Positions 39,926-52,600 are shown, counted from the first letter of the stretch. The stretch: 64,000 bases of DNA from Phoronis australis (GCA_002633005.1 NMRA01000037.1:385302-449301); one strand, 5' to 3'. Translations and numbers: made by a program. The notes: generated by a model from the sequence alone, not told the origin.

Positions 39926-42900
39926 ATGTCTGAAAGCAAGCCCGAGCCAGAGGTACGTTTTTGATGCGTGCAACGTTTAAAAGTTCTCGGCGCTTTTACA
40001 CTTGATTTAATAGAAACTGAACATGCAATGGAAATTTTTAGAGAGACACACTATGGTGTGATATGTGTAACAGATTGTTTTGAACACAGTAAAACCGGTT
40101 GAGCACGTATGAATTTTATTTATTCATCTTATTAGGAAGCGCCCTGTAGTGATCTGGACGTGTTTACTGCAGCTTCTATGGAAAAAATGCAATCAACGAC
40201 ATCATTCTGCAACAAAGCGCATTTTATTTTAAGAAAGTTGTGCGCTCGGTTTGTATCACAGGCGCTTGGGTTTTTCGCAAATGACGTCACAATATATATA
40301 TAAGAAAACATGTTTTCTTATATATATTATTGAGTGACGTCATTTGCGATAAACCCAAGCGCCTGTGGTTTGTATAAGCAACATCGTCCTCTGTACTGAT
40401 CACCACAGGTACAATAAGAATATGTCTGCTGTGAACGACTAGAAGCCCATAAAAGCGAATGACCGACCAACCCCCAAGTTCCAGGATTTGTCTTCGACTT
40501 TTATTTCAGGCTTGTTCCTATTGTCCTGTTTCAATCATTCTTTTGATTTGTTTTAGCTGGGGAACCTGGAAGATTTTATGACGATGAGGAATGCAGTCAA
40601 AGAAGTAAGTTAAAACAGCCAGTCACTGGACATGAAAATGGCGCCATCTAGCTGAGAAGTCCACCCATTAAGACCACAGGATGAGTTTTGTCAGAAGAGA
40701 GCTATCTCAAACATGTCAAGTTCTATAACTTTCAGTCCCGCTTGTGTTCGTCTTATTTTACTGTTGATTTTTATTTTTTTAAATAGGGTGGGGGTTCAAA
40801 GAAACCTCATTAAACATGGCAAATACCCATAATGCATGAGTCAGCTGTCACTCCCTGCAGCGGTCACTACGGTGCACCACCAAAAGTAAAAACTAAATAA
40901 AAAACACGTTTAATTCAGTTAACTTTGAAAATATTTGGCGTTTTGTTGAATGAGCATTATTTGAACTGAACTAACTTACGTTAAATCCGTTTCATGACGT
41001 TTTTAACTGAAATGAAGAGGAAAGAGTATGATCGTTAACAGACAGATGGAATTAGGTCAAGACCTTGACCTGTTTTCGGAAAACCCTAATAGCTTGAGGT
41101 CATGAAAGCCCTCGTCTCATTGGTTGTTTGCGATTCAAAATGAAAACATTTTAACGTGCCGTTGGGATCATTTTGTACTCAAAGTATCTCTTCACATTAA
41201 CTGTATGACTAAAAGTCTTTTTGCTTTCGACGATCGGTGAATAAAGAGGTTGGAAAACATGGAAGATCGGCGTTTTTTAGTTCATTTCGTTTTTTTCTTT
41301 GAAGGCACACAGGAACGACCACCCAGGTGACGGTGAGGGAAAGGAATTCGATGAACACCTCAGCAACTTACTACAAGACATAGCGATCAAGGTAATGCCG
41401 AAATTCTTCTTGTTTTAGGTGAACGACCAGTTAAAATTGCCCGTTTCTCGATTTCCTAAAACCGATTTGAGGGTGGGGATGTATGTAGAAATATATTGAT
41501 TTTAAAAATCTATTGATGCGTGTCTCTTGTGTTGAACACTANAGACGGAATAAAAACGAAAAAGCAAAAAAGTTCCTATAGTTTGCTGCGTCATGGGCGA
41601 AACCTTGGTAGTGACCGGGCGAAATGCGGTGTAACGACTGTAGGAGGACTCTAATGTTCACGACACTGGAGGGACAATTTTGAAATTTGTGACGAGAGGT
41701 GACGAATGTGGTGGGAAATTGCCGGCTACCGCTATTATCAGAAATTGTCCACCAACTCTAGTAGACGAAAGTTGTCGGCTAAAGCTGCTAGGTGCAAAAT
41801 GTCGCTAACATTGTTGTTGAAAAAGATGTCGCGTCATTCAGACTGAGCAACCAATTAACTACCTATCATTTCAAGATATGCGTAATTTGTTTTCAGTGGT
41901 CTATTTTGGAAGCTGATTGTCCCTTTGGGAAAAACATTTAAGAAATGTATTTAAAGGGTGTGACCATCGAAAAATATCCTATCCAAACTGTCATAGTCGT
42001 CGGCATCCTATTGGGGCTAATGCGTGTTTAGAATACATTGATCCAGGATTTGAAGATCAGCCTACATGCACTATTGGGACGTCCCTTTCTGCACCAGAGA
42101 TTGATGATAAGACTTGATTGACCATTGAGTAGTATTCGAAATAATAAGAGTAGACTCCTTTCTCTCATTTTTAATTCACAGAAAGGCGACCGCTCTGTAT
42201 CAAAATACACCACAGTCAAGTCTGTCACCGGTGGTGTACTCAACGTAGGACTTCTTGAGTTGACGGTCGTAGCAGTGAAGGAACTCGAACAAGCTGGAAA
42301 AGGCAAGTTTGGCAGCTCAGTATTATCAGGCTAAGCATCACGAGTCAAGCCTTAAAGAACTCCTTCCTAATTGTTTGTGCTCATTTGAACTTGCATACTT
42401 TTTTACTTAGCTGTAACAAATTGAATCGGGTTTTTAGAAATAAATATGTGGTTGCACGTTTCCGCTAAGCCCCGAGTACCAACACAAACCTTTCATTCGA
42501 TACGCTTTCTGTGAACATAAAACATTCTGGTCAATACAGATTTCATTTTCGCCCATCTACCTCTCGTAAAATATTTGATCGCCACAAATTAAAATTGTCT
42601 GATCTATGAAAATTGTACTTTAATACAACAGTTGTATCAAACCCGGCGCCTGCCACCAATATGTATTCTTTGATTTATAATATTTACCGCCCTTAAATTG
42701 ACATTAGTCTCAGGTGCGGATCCAGGATTTTGAGTTAGGGGTGACCAGGCAGAGTATTAGCCAGGATTTTGCCCGTCAGACATTCACACCCCCGAACTAC
42801 CAAATGGAATCTGGGAGAATTTTAGGGGGGCATGGCTCCTTACCCCCTCTAAATCCGCCACTGAGTCTTTCAAATCATTCCCTATTTGAGATTCTAGTGA

Positions 42901-44963
42901 AAGTAAACAATTATGGTAACACTGATAAGGATAGCCATTTAATCGTCTAGGTTTTCAAAAACCAACTTTTCTTGCGTGGTGTTGTCATGCCGCCAACAGG
43001 TTGAAAATAAGAATTATCTCCCTACTTTCACGTGATTGACTGGCCAGATTGTGCCTCACTAGTAGAAATGTCGGATCAGCGCAAGCGGTTTGAGGTAAAA
43101 AGTGTTGAAAGTTGAATATAAATAGGTAAATAAAACAACAAGAATGGATCAACTGAAATTTTCGGATATAATAATATCTTTCGTCAACAGAAACAGAAAT
43201 AAAGTAAAATCAAACACTATATGACAATTGACATTTAAGATGTGCCGTAATGAATATGATACATTGTTGCGGAAAAAATTCAATGATATAATTTAATAAT
43301 AGAAAAACTCTAACACCCCAGTACCCCTCACAGACTCAAAAGAGAACAATATTGGATAGACCAGCTCAATACACTAGAAAATCTACAAACTCGGTTTCGT
43401 AATCACAGATTTAACATAATACATAAAAACATTTCTGATACTATAGGTAATCATTTCAATTCCAAAGATCTTTCTGTACAAATAATAGAAAAACTCCAAC
43501 ACCCCAGTACCCTTCACAGACTCAAAAGAGAACAATATTGGATAGACAAGCTCAATATACTAGACCTCATGGATTAAACATAAAAACTTCTTAAATTATA
43601 TCATTGAAATTTTTCCGCAACAGTATCATATTCATTACGCCACATCTTAAATGTCAATTGTCATATAGTGCTTGATTTTACTTTATTTCTGTTTCTGTAG
43701 AAGAAGGACATTATTATATCCGAAAATTTCATTTGATCCATTCTTGTTGTTTTATTTACCTATTTATATTCTACATTTCGTGAAACAATAGTATCCTTGG
43801 GAGGATCTGGATCGCCTTATTTAGTTTCAGATTTATTTTCTATGTTGAAAGTTGACAATCTTATAAATTTTGGATTGCATTACTATCATTACTGAACTAA
43901 GATTTCCAAAACGCGCGAGATATTTGTCACGTCATTAATACCATAGCTCATTGGTGGCACACACTAGCACAGTCTTGGTCGATGACGTACAAGTACTTTC
44001 ACTTGAATGTAGTCGATCAGATACGTGGTTATCACCTAAACTCTCTTTGTCGAAGACTTCCAATATTGAAATTCTTTCATTTACGTCGTGCTCATATCCA
44101 AAATGTTTTCTCTCCATATCCGCCAACATGCGCGCACCCAGCAAAGAATTCGGAGTGGTTCGAATCTTTGAGAATGCGCACATTTTACTTAAATTCAGGG
44201 GTACATTCAGAGCTATGAATTGTGCATTCGCCGAATTTTGGTAGTTCCTGCGTTTTTTTGATGGACTTTTGTCTCGTTTTCTACTTTTTCGGAGTTCTCT
44301 GAAAAGTACCTTTATGCCCAATTCGCCAAATGGGAGCACGCATCGTCAACGACCACTTAACAGTTTTAATTGTTCCTTACTCAGATTAGAAGTGACCGCT
44401 TAGGACGATATAACGCTTCGTTGTTACTTGAAACTTGGCTCATGAAAAGTTGGCGTGTGTCGTTTTATACTCCATCCACGCCCTCGACCAGGCAATAACA
44501 AATTGCCAGTGCTTCGAAGTCCGCGGAAATACCGTCTCATCTGAGTAAGGGACAATAGGCTAAGATCAGATTTTATAACGGTAACGGTAGAAATCACACA
44601 TTTGACAGGAGCAGGTTCAAAGTAGCTCACAAAATTCCAATACGATTTTCTTTTTCAGAAGTGGAGCCATTCTATGACGCTTTACTTGCCATTTACATTA
44701 CGATGATCGTCATTCAAGTTCTTGGTATGATGGGTCTGACATTTTTAGCTTTTACAGACTTCAAAACAGCAATGTTGGAGAAGACTTTAATGTACAACAA
44801 ACTCAATAATTGCATAGCGTTGTTAGCTTCAGCGCTGTTGATCCTAGGGACAGTTGCAACGGGTTTGAAGACGGACAAGAACGCGGTGTCGATTGACAAA
44901 TTTGTCGAAATGTTAAAAACGCAGAATGTTACAGTCGACTTTGGGAAGCTGCTTAACCAATAG
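39926..44963 (+). CDS. Divergent ninjurin-family membrane protein, 5 coding exons (39926-39952, 40557-40604, 41305-41391, 42182-42302, 44659-44963), about 195 aa
   Basis: Exons join in frame (588 nt): MSESKPEPE/LGNLEDFMTMRNAVKE/AHRNDHPGDGEGKEFDEHLSNLLQDIAIK/KGDRSVSKYTTVKSVTGGVLNVGLLELTVVAVKELEQAGK/EVEPFYDALLAIYITMIVIQVLGMMGLTFLAF...LNNCIALLASALLILGTVATGL...LLNQ*. The pattern Y-x3-KS-x5-L-[DN]-x2-LL-x7-K...G...FY...IQV...LNN plus two hydrophobic helices matches the ninjurin layout as I recall it. Exons 4-5 are best supported; exons 1-3 rest on splice signals and phase only. Confidence 0.8.
40257..40367. mobile_element. Near-perfect 111-bp palindromic MITE with 8-bp TSD GTTTGTAT (P- or hAT-like)
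   Basis: gtttgtat|cacaggcgcttggg...cccaagcgcctgtg|gtttgtat; in intron 1 of the ninjurin-like gene. Confidence 0.8.
42711..42863 (+). mobile_element. MITE family B (TIR CAG[T/G]GGCGGAT-like) with 5-bp TSD AGTCT
   Basis: agtct|caggtgcggatcc...aaatccgccactg|agtct; interior ggcagagtattagccaggattttgc shared with other copies. Confidence 0.8.
43114..43771 (+). mobile_element. Penelope-like retroelement relic: GIY-YIG C-terminal fragment between about 180-bp inverted repeats
   Basis: Arms 43114-43296 and 43591-43771 are reverse complements. The interior translates as LQTRFRNHRFNI...IGNHFNS...IIEKL...RLKREQYWIDKLNIL-(frameshift)-PHGLNIK, a Penelope-type endonuclease C-terminus, with an internal duplication of about 80 bp. 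Confidence 0.8.
44127..44343 (-). mobile_element. MITE family A, reverse, partly deleted (in ninjurin intron 4)
   Basis: catgcgcgcacccag start; interior matches 21703-21954 reversed. Confidence 0.75.
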
Positions 44964-45393
44964 CCAAAAGTTTACTGCAGGAAGGTAACCGGTCTTCATG
45001 CAGATTTGTAGTGCCTATATATTATCCAGCCGTGTCAGGAGGAGGTGACAGAATGCACGCTTCAACAGGAACAAATATATTTTGTGAATGGCATATTGAA
45101 AGACTGTAGCAGAAATTCCTCGCTCTACATACCGATTAGGTATAGTCTGCTGTTACTGTGTGTGTGTGTAAAAACTTTATTGTCCGTGTGTGGCAACGGA
45201 GTGCTAGGGTTTTATCAGAAATGTTATGAAGCCCATTTTTTGCATATACCCAAGACCACGCTTACAGCCTTGTACGGACGTCTCCGAAGAATGTAGAAGA
45301 ATGTCGAATGATGTAAGAAAGTGTAAATGTTCCACATTTATAATTGTCATTTTATGTGTCGAGTGTCGCACGTTCCTTTTCAGCCAGGAACAG

Positions 45394-45539
45394 CCTCCCG
45401 TTCAGTAACGCTAGGACCTCGCTTAAAAGCAAGACTTCGCGAGATTACGTGAGATATTGCGGTGCATTGTAAATAAGAACAGGTGACTTTGACCAGGTTT
45501 TAGCTACATGTAGGTCCCTAGCGTCTACTGAACGCACGC
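45394..45539 (-). mobile_element. MITE family C, reverse copy in the probable 3' UTR of the ninjurin-like gene
   Basis: Reverse complement of the family C consensus; flanks cag/ccg. Confidence 0.8.
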
Positions 45540-48500
45540 CCGGTTTTACCTCAACCCTCTCAGCATGCACGAAGGTGTCGGTAAACAAGCACCCAAATGA
45601 AACCTACGTTTTTTTTCTACGAATTTGTTTCTTTGCATGTAGGATAAAAAGTCTGGAATCTCAGTTTCTTTGTAATTGTGCATTTGTATCTGCGTAGAAA
45701 CTTCAAAGTGTATGTTTGTTTGTGCTACACTGCGTAATTCACCTAAAATTTTGTATAAAAGTCTATGCTTACGTTCATACGTACACTTTTCGTTATAGAA
45801 CTTGTTTGCTGTTTTTGCTCATTCAAAGGTTATTCGTTGCAAAATAGATTGTCATTGATTACTTGACTTACATTATTAATTTATTAAAATGCCAGTTAAT
45901 CAACGCACACGTACACAAGTTGTGACACATATTACAACGCTGACGCGTTCGAAACATAGAAAAAAGATCTTTTCTTTTAGTCTGCTTTTCATTCGGTTAA
46001 TCAAAATGGAATATCGTGAAAATGCGTAGGCACATGCGAAATAATGCATTTTACAAAGTTCATTTTTTTGAATATAGGGTATGCGCATTTAAGATTTGCT
46101 TGCAACAGGTGATATACGCATGGCGCTTTTGTGTGATGTCTTTTTCGATCCAAAGTGTTTTTGATAATTTGAATACAAGATTGAATTGAAAACGCGTCAA
46201 CACCTGTCGTTTTGTGCCGCCACGCTTCATATGAATGCTGTTTTAAAGACGTGGGCCTTGCAATTGGTTTTCCTGAACTTGAGCTCAGAGTGGTTCGCAT
46301 AAGCCCAGATTTAATTCGGCAGTCAGTTATTTGGGACAAAACAGTACGTTTCGCCAAATACCTATAAAATTCGGCAAAAGCATATGAAATTTTGAAAGAA
46401 AAGAATTTGTACCACTCTGTCATTAACCAGGTCTGGTGACCATGATTTTTATTAAAATTTAGTAAAAAGGAAAGGTACAATCACTGCAAAACAAGAGGAT
46501 CAATAACATGAGCAAATTTCTTGATATAAATGTTCCAAGATAAAATCTCAAATCGCTGTTACAGTTTTCTAAATTATCGTTTCGTTTTCGTTTTATGCAC
46601 TTAATGTTTAGTTCATAAAGATCATAGAAGCGCCATTCACGATAGCACCTCAGGCAAGAGTTTAACATTTTCAAAACTAATCCTACCCGCGTTTGGAAAA
46701 ACAATGCATAGGGTCATGAAAATGATGTTAACATCCATCGTGTGAATCCAAGGGTGGAACCGCCATTACAGCGCGTGCACTAAAAAAATCAGGTATTCCT
46801 ATTACTAGGGCTTGGAATGACCTACGGCAAAAAGAGGAAAATTTTCCAGGTGATGAATAGCTTCACGAATAAATAGGTTGTGTGATATATTTTTTGTGTT
46901 GGAAAAATGTAACTGAAATAAACGTTTTTGCGTGAATTTAGTCAAAGTATTGATATAAAAAGCAGGAAAAAAGAGGAAACTGGAAACCAAGTAAGAGGCA
47001 ATCCTCTTAAAGAGAAAATTCCGAGACCAGTTTACGCACTATTACATAATTTGAACTCAAATCAGCTCATCAAAAGCTATAGCGAGATCACTCAAAGTGA
47101 GGACTGAGAAGATATATATTGTGTATCACTGTGGACTAGTCTGATAAGTTAAGTTTTACTTAAAACGACGCCAAACCCGGTTTTGGCCTATTAACAGAAT
47201 AATGTTTAAACGACTTTCCCATACAATTCTGAGTAACAAAACAATGCTTTGCAACCCCCGACAACCCCCAAAAGTTTGGAGGAAACTGAGTTGTTAACTT
47301 CTTTCGAAGTCTGCAAAACGGGCAGACGTGACTTACGCCTTTAGTTAGCGAATTACATGACAACTGTGGCGAAAGACCACCCACAAAGAACCATATCTAG
47401 TCTTTGATTTAGGTAGTATGAGTATTTTTAGTTGAAATCTACTTTTATCTTTCACAATTGACGCCAATGATGCATTAGCAGGTGGCAGAACCAGAACTGA
47501 TCGAAATCGCCAAAACAGGGTTTAGTATCCCCATGGTCTTAACTGCAACTGAATTTTCACACATGACTTAGTTGGTTTGGAAATTTACAGCCACAAATAC
47601 TGTAGCTGCAACTAGGACTAGGAGGTGCCAGAGTATCAGATAGATAGGCTTAGTCCTATGCCGAAATGTGGAGGAGTGCCAAATATCAGTAGTCCTGTGT
47701 CCCCAGTGCAGTGAGAAAGAGACAAAAATAGTTGAGATAAGTAGTTAAAAGTTGACACACCTACTGAATAACAGGCCCCTATATTGGCATTCAAAAGCAG
47801 GTAGGACGCTGAGGGCTGGGGTCTCTCCATCTCACCCTCTCTCTCTCACACACACTCTCCTGGCTACACTAGTATATCAAAAAGGTAGATTCAAAAACAT
47901 CTTCTTTGGCAATGTATAGTTTAATTTTGGCATCATAAATTACCATTAAACAAATGATATAAGCTATTGTTATAGTTAAACAGATTACAAGCCCAATTCA
48001 AGTCCAAATCACATTGCCCCAGACGACTGTCAGGGATCAGCATTTACACAGCCGTGGATCACCAAATCTCGGGAAACAACTAATTTATGTTGGACAACAA
48101 TTTCGGCAGAACCACTTCATAACTACTTTTGACTGCAGCTCAGTTTGTAAACAATATAATTCTAATTATAACAGACACTCTACCTCGCCCGATGATTAAC
48201 TGACAAAAAACAACGAATTTGACAAGCATAATGTCATTTGACAAAAGAAGTACTTAAAAAATAATTAGGGTTTTTCAAACCCCCATGGGCTTCCTTCCAT
48301 GTTATTGAAACCATGGCAACCAGAAGGGTTTTTGAAACGCCTCAACAATATAGCACTGACAAGTCCTAGACCAGGGAAAGTGAAATACAAATAACTTTAA
48401 AAAGAATAAATGGAATTTTGAACATAAGCCTGAAGCATCGCATGCATTTTGGGAGTGATATGTTGTCCACAGCGCTAAAGCAATATGCAGAAAACGGCAA

Positions 48501-49625
48501 TTCAATTCTGATGTCGACCACTTACTGTTGTGAAATTGGAGTCGTATTCTTCCTCATTCAAATTAGCGGTGATTTTAGGGCTTTGAAAGAGCTGAGAGTT
48601 CATTATTGCAGGAGACCAGGCTCTACAAATTGGCTCATCATAGCATGTTGCCATTTTATGCACAAAGCATTGTCTCTGGGAATAAGGAACTCTCAGTTTT
48701 TTGGAAACGAGAAGAGAACCAGATCAATTTTTATAGCCATAAGTGGTCCAAATCAAAATTTTGCTTCTTGGATGGAATCTGAGTTTATAGCCATCCTATA
48801 GGGTGTTCGTACAGGTCTAATGTTTGTTACCAGAATTTAAAGTGGCCATATCATAGTAACTCAGTCGATATGTAGATTTTCCTCATGTTGCCAAGTGCCT
48901 TCTTAACAAAGTAAACCAGTCTCGACGCCATTATCCAAAAGAGAAAGGTTAAGCAGGCAAGCTTTATCTTAAATTCATGAAACCAAACAAGCAAAAATCA
49001 TTGTAATGAAATCTCACCAACTGTAGACACAACATGGCAGATATTAAAGTGAAATCTTATTTTTTTATTTTCCATAGACAATATATAGTACCATATTAAT
49101 ACTTTTTCATGTTCCAAGTTCTGTGCAATGGCGACCACCACGAAATATTTTCAAAAATTGTGGACAATCATGATGACCACAAACATTTTTATGTCTGGTC
49201 AGAACACCACCTGTTGGCCACATCACGTGACCTAATGAATATATGTCTTTGTTCCAAATTGGAAAGATTTCATATTGCATGCAATTTTGACTTACTTGTC
49301 ATACAGAGAGTAAAACTGATCCTAAACAAAAAATTGAAACTGGCAAGCGTGTATGGAGTTTACATTCCCAAACAAAAAATAAATTTATTCATGATGAAAT
49401 CTTAACAGAGTGAGCTTTCTCGAAATACCTTCAGCTGGTTTAAATCTCGGAAAACCAAAATGACTAGGGGTCAGTAGCAACCATAAGTAAATTTACATAA
49501 TCACCTATTGAATGACATGATATGACAACTCAAAATGAACACAGCACAACCATGTACACCCCTGCACATAACCCTTCTGCTAGGACAGAGGTGTCTTCTA
49601 CAGCAGCACTTTCAGTCCCCGTTGT

Positions 49626-49673
49626 CTAGTCAAACTTTGCTAGAACAAAAGCTGTCCTGCATGGTATGTACAC
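49626..49673 (-). CDS. GBE1: GBE1 last coding exon [15 protein letters not shown]
   Basis: Acceptor ttccag; VYIP.R.A.VL C-terminal motif; TAG stop. Candidate AATAAA on the minus strand at 49389-49384. Confidence 0.93.
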   Translation of the reverse strand: MYIPCRTAFVLAKFD

Positions 49674-52600
49674 CTGGAACAAGAACAATTAGAAATCTTA
49701 GGATAAGTCCAAAAAAAGCTGTTTTTTCATACTGATGCAGTGATGCAGATCACTAGATACCAGTTGAAATGGGACAGAGTCCTTTATTTTTGCCCTCAGT
49801 GTCACCTAAAGCCTGCTGAAAAGGATCAAAATCCTTTTTTATCCTAAACCACCCAAGCTTTGGGGCACAGGTTTTTGGGCCTAAAATCAACAGGTCTGGG
49901 CATGTTTGGCATGAAGAGTTTAAGAGCGTGGATCTGGAGTTTTAGGCTTCTTGTCTGGTATATAACAAACATGAAGTTGGTCCTGATTTGAAATTAAAGG
50001 TCCAGTCATAGAATCGTTCCCATGACTCGATGTTAAGTTGTGCAACTGGTTTTCCATCAGTTAAAACCAGGATCCCCCTCACCAGTTGAATACTGGGCAG
50101 CATTCGAATCAGTAGTAACAAATAAGTAACTAAAAGGCATCAGACAGGTAGGTTCCAAAGTATAGCAAGTTTTTGTGTAAAGCTTTGGATTTGCAATAAT
50201 CGTGAGACTTCGTACATGACTTTTGGCTAGAAATGTCCTGTCGGAACACCTATCTACACTTTGTTGTATACGACATTTGCATAGAAAATTGGACCCTGTG
50301 AATGGGGCTTAAGAAGGAAATGACCCTTTAAAAGGGGAGATTGTTGCATCACACTTTACAAATTAAGAATTATGTCCCATCACCAGACAACTTGCTGTCA
50401 ACCACAACACTTACAAATGTGTGACATCTGCGGTTAGCCCAACCCTCGTTAAACGTGAAGTATTCTGTATTATGGTCTAGTCGCTGATGACCACCAAACT
50501 GACTACTGTCCGAGTCCAGCACAATCATGTATCTAAGAGTTACACTAAGGAAAATGCAAACTTCTGTATCATGGTCCTCATTACAGCATAAACAATATCA
50601 AAAATTTTAACAGCTACAAGAACAACATCATCATCATCAAAAACAACAGAGCAACAACAACAGAACAACAACATAACAACAAGGGGAAAATAATGTGATT
50701 ATACAGTGTTTATTGTATTTATTGTATTAAAAAGCTTCTTGTATAAACTTCAACTGACACAAACTGAATATTATGGTAAAATTTCACTAACTTCAGAAAA
50801 AAAAATAATCTCCAAATTGACCCTTTTTCATTTTTCAAATAGTTCTGTCACTGTTCACTTATTTGGTAATATATATACTAATTCAAGGAAAAGTGACAAA
50901 ATAAAAAGTTCACTGGTTTGCCACGTGTTCTCAATTTGTAACATTTTTACCGTGGTGCAGCAACGAAGTTGAACAACAAACTCATATCTAAATGATGAGC
51001 AAAGAAACACCTCACCTTTACTTCGAAAATTCCTAAAACACAGACACACAGACACGCAGATTCAAATTAAAACTACTAAAAATGCACAAACCTTGGCTTT
51101 AATGATAAGAAATTCTGCATTAAAACAGCAAGAAATTTCAAAAAGAAACAAAGTGCTCTCAGTTATATGATGAACCTCTATTGAACTTCTTGGACTCAAC
51201 TGTTCAGCTAAAATATATATACATGATTTGCTTGAAGGCAAATCAAAAGTTTCTGAACAACCCGAATGACTGTCCACACAATGTATCAGTGTAAAGGATA
51301 CTTCCCACCGTTGTCGACACCGATTTTGTAGTCAGTGAAACTCTTTGTAGGGTGGAAGTTGAATATGAAGACCACGCCAGCCCGCTCAAACACAATTACT
51401 TTGTCGTCCTCGTGCTTCCACGAGACATAAGCCTGAAGCAACGAGAAGTCACTTCAACCAAATATAAACATGACATATCATTGTTCACCATGGTAACACA
51501 ACAGACATGAAAGGAATGAAGTGTAACCGCACCACAAAAGGTATGCTTCGACGGCTGATTATTAGCGTCATTTAAGTGCTATCGTCTCCTTGATAGAAAC
51601 TTGTTTACCAAATTTCTTGAACATCCATCAAGGAACTTGGCAGATATAGAGCCATATATAAAGAAAAACTAAATTGCTACTAGACGACACTGCAGTAGTA
51701 AGACTCGTCCCAAAAGCAATTTCAAGTGAACTCTCCTCAACTGGAACAAATTCCAATTTCCATTAACAAATTGATAGCTCATGAGACCTCTAGCGGGCAC
51801 CACAGCAGTAGGACCATTTGAAAATCTACATAAGTTGTGATCAGAGCATTTAAGACTAAAGCCTTCACAGCCTGCTGATCAGTCCACCCACCTGAGGGGC
51901 CCCTAGCCAGTCATACTTGGCCTCAACGTTGTTCATAGCCTCGTCAAACTTGTCAAGGAACTTGTAGCGTAGCATGGGGTCGTCAGCTAGGTGGTATTGG
52001 CGCCGGGCATGGTGAAAGCTCTCATTGTTGCCCACACGGGGAAAGTCCAGCCACTCGGGGTGGCCAAACTCATTACCTGGAAAGGGAACAAAATTACACC
52101 AGTTGACACGGTAAAAGTTCTCCAGTTTGCGACCGTAAAAAATTCGTCATTTTGCTGACAATATTGGCCGTCACAAATTCAAGAATCACGAGAAAGACAA
52201 ATTTTGCGCTGGCAGCTAGTTTCATTTATTTTATCTCCAACTTTGATGATACAGAATGGGAAATACGATGAATGCCAAAATGACCCAATTCTAAAAATTA
52301 AGAACATTACTTTTAACTTAAATTGCAGTGTCCCAAACTTTAGAGATTGTCCCAAGTTGGAGAATTTTTACTGTACAGAATAAAGGTTAATGCGGAAAGA
52401 TCTCCAACTCAGTGGGAAAGGGGCATACAATACAAGAACTCCCTTAAACATCACGCTCATGATACGGAGATAGGCCCAACATTTGATGCTTTATTTTCCC
52501 CCACTCAATGTAGCCATTATGGTTTTGGGCAATATCACTCTCTCCTTATAATGCATATGTAGGTACACAGAACTAAATACATTTACCTTGTATGTGTACG

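Larger units (their letters stand above)
42303..44658 (+). other. GC-AG intron in the ninjurin-like gene
   Basis: Donor AAAG|GCAAGT is otherwise a consensus match. Its phase 1 fits the acceptor tttttcag|AA and restores the ninjurin alignment. Confidence 0.75.

Noticed and set aside
41898-42117. Possible extra ninjurin exon after ttttcag (GLFWK... or ORF 41917..42117)
   Set aside because: All frames stop shortly after the acceptor, and exon 3 joins exon 4 in frame without it.
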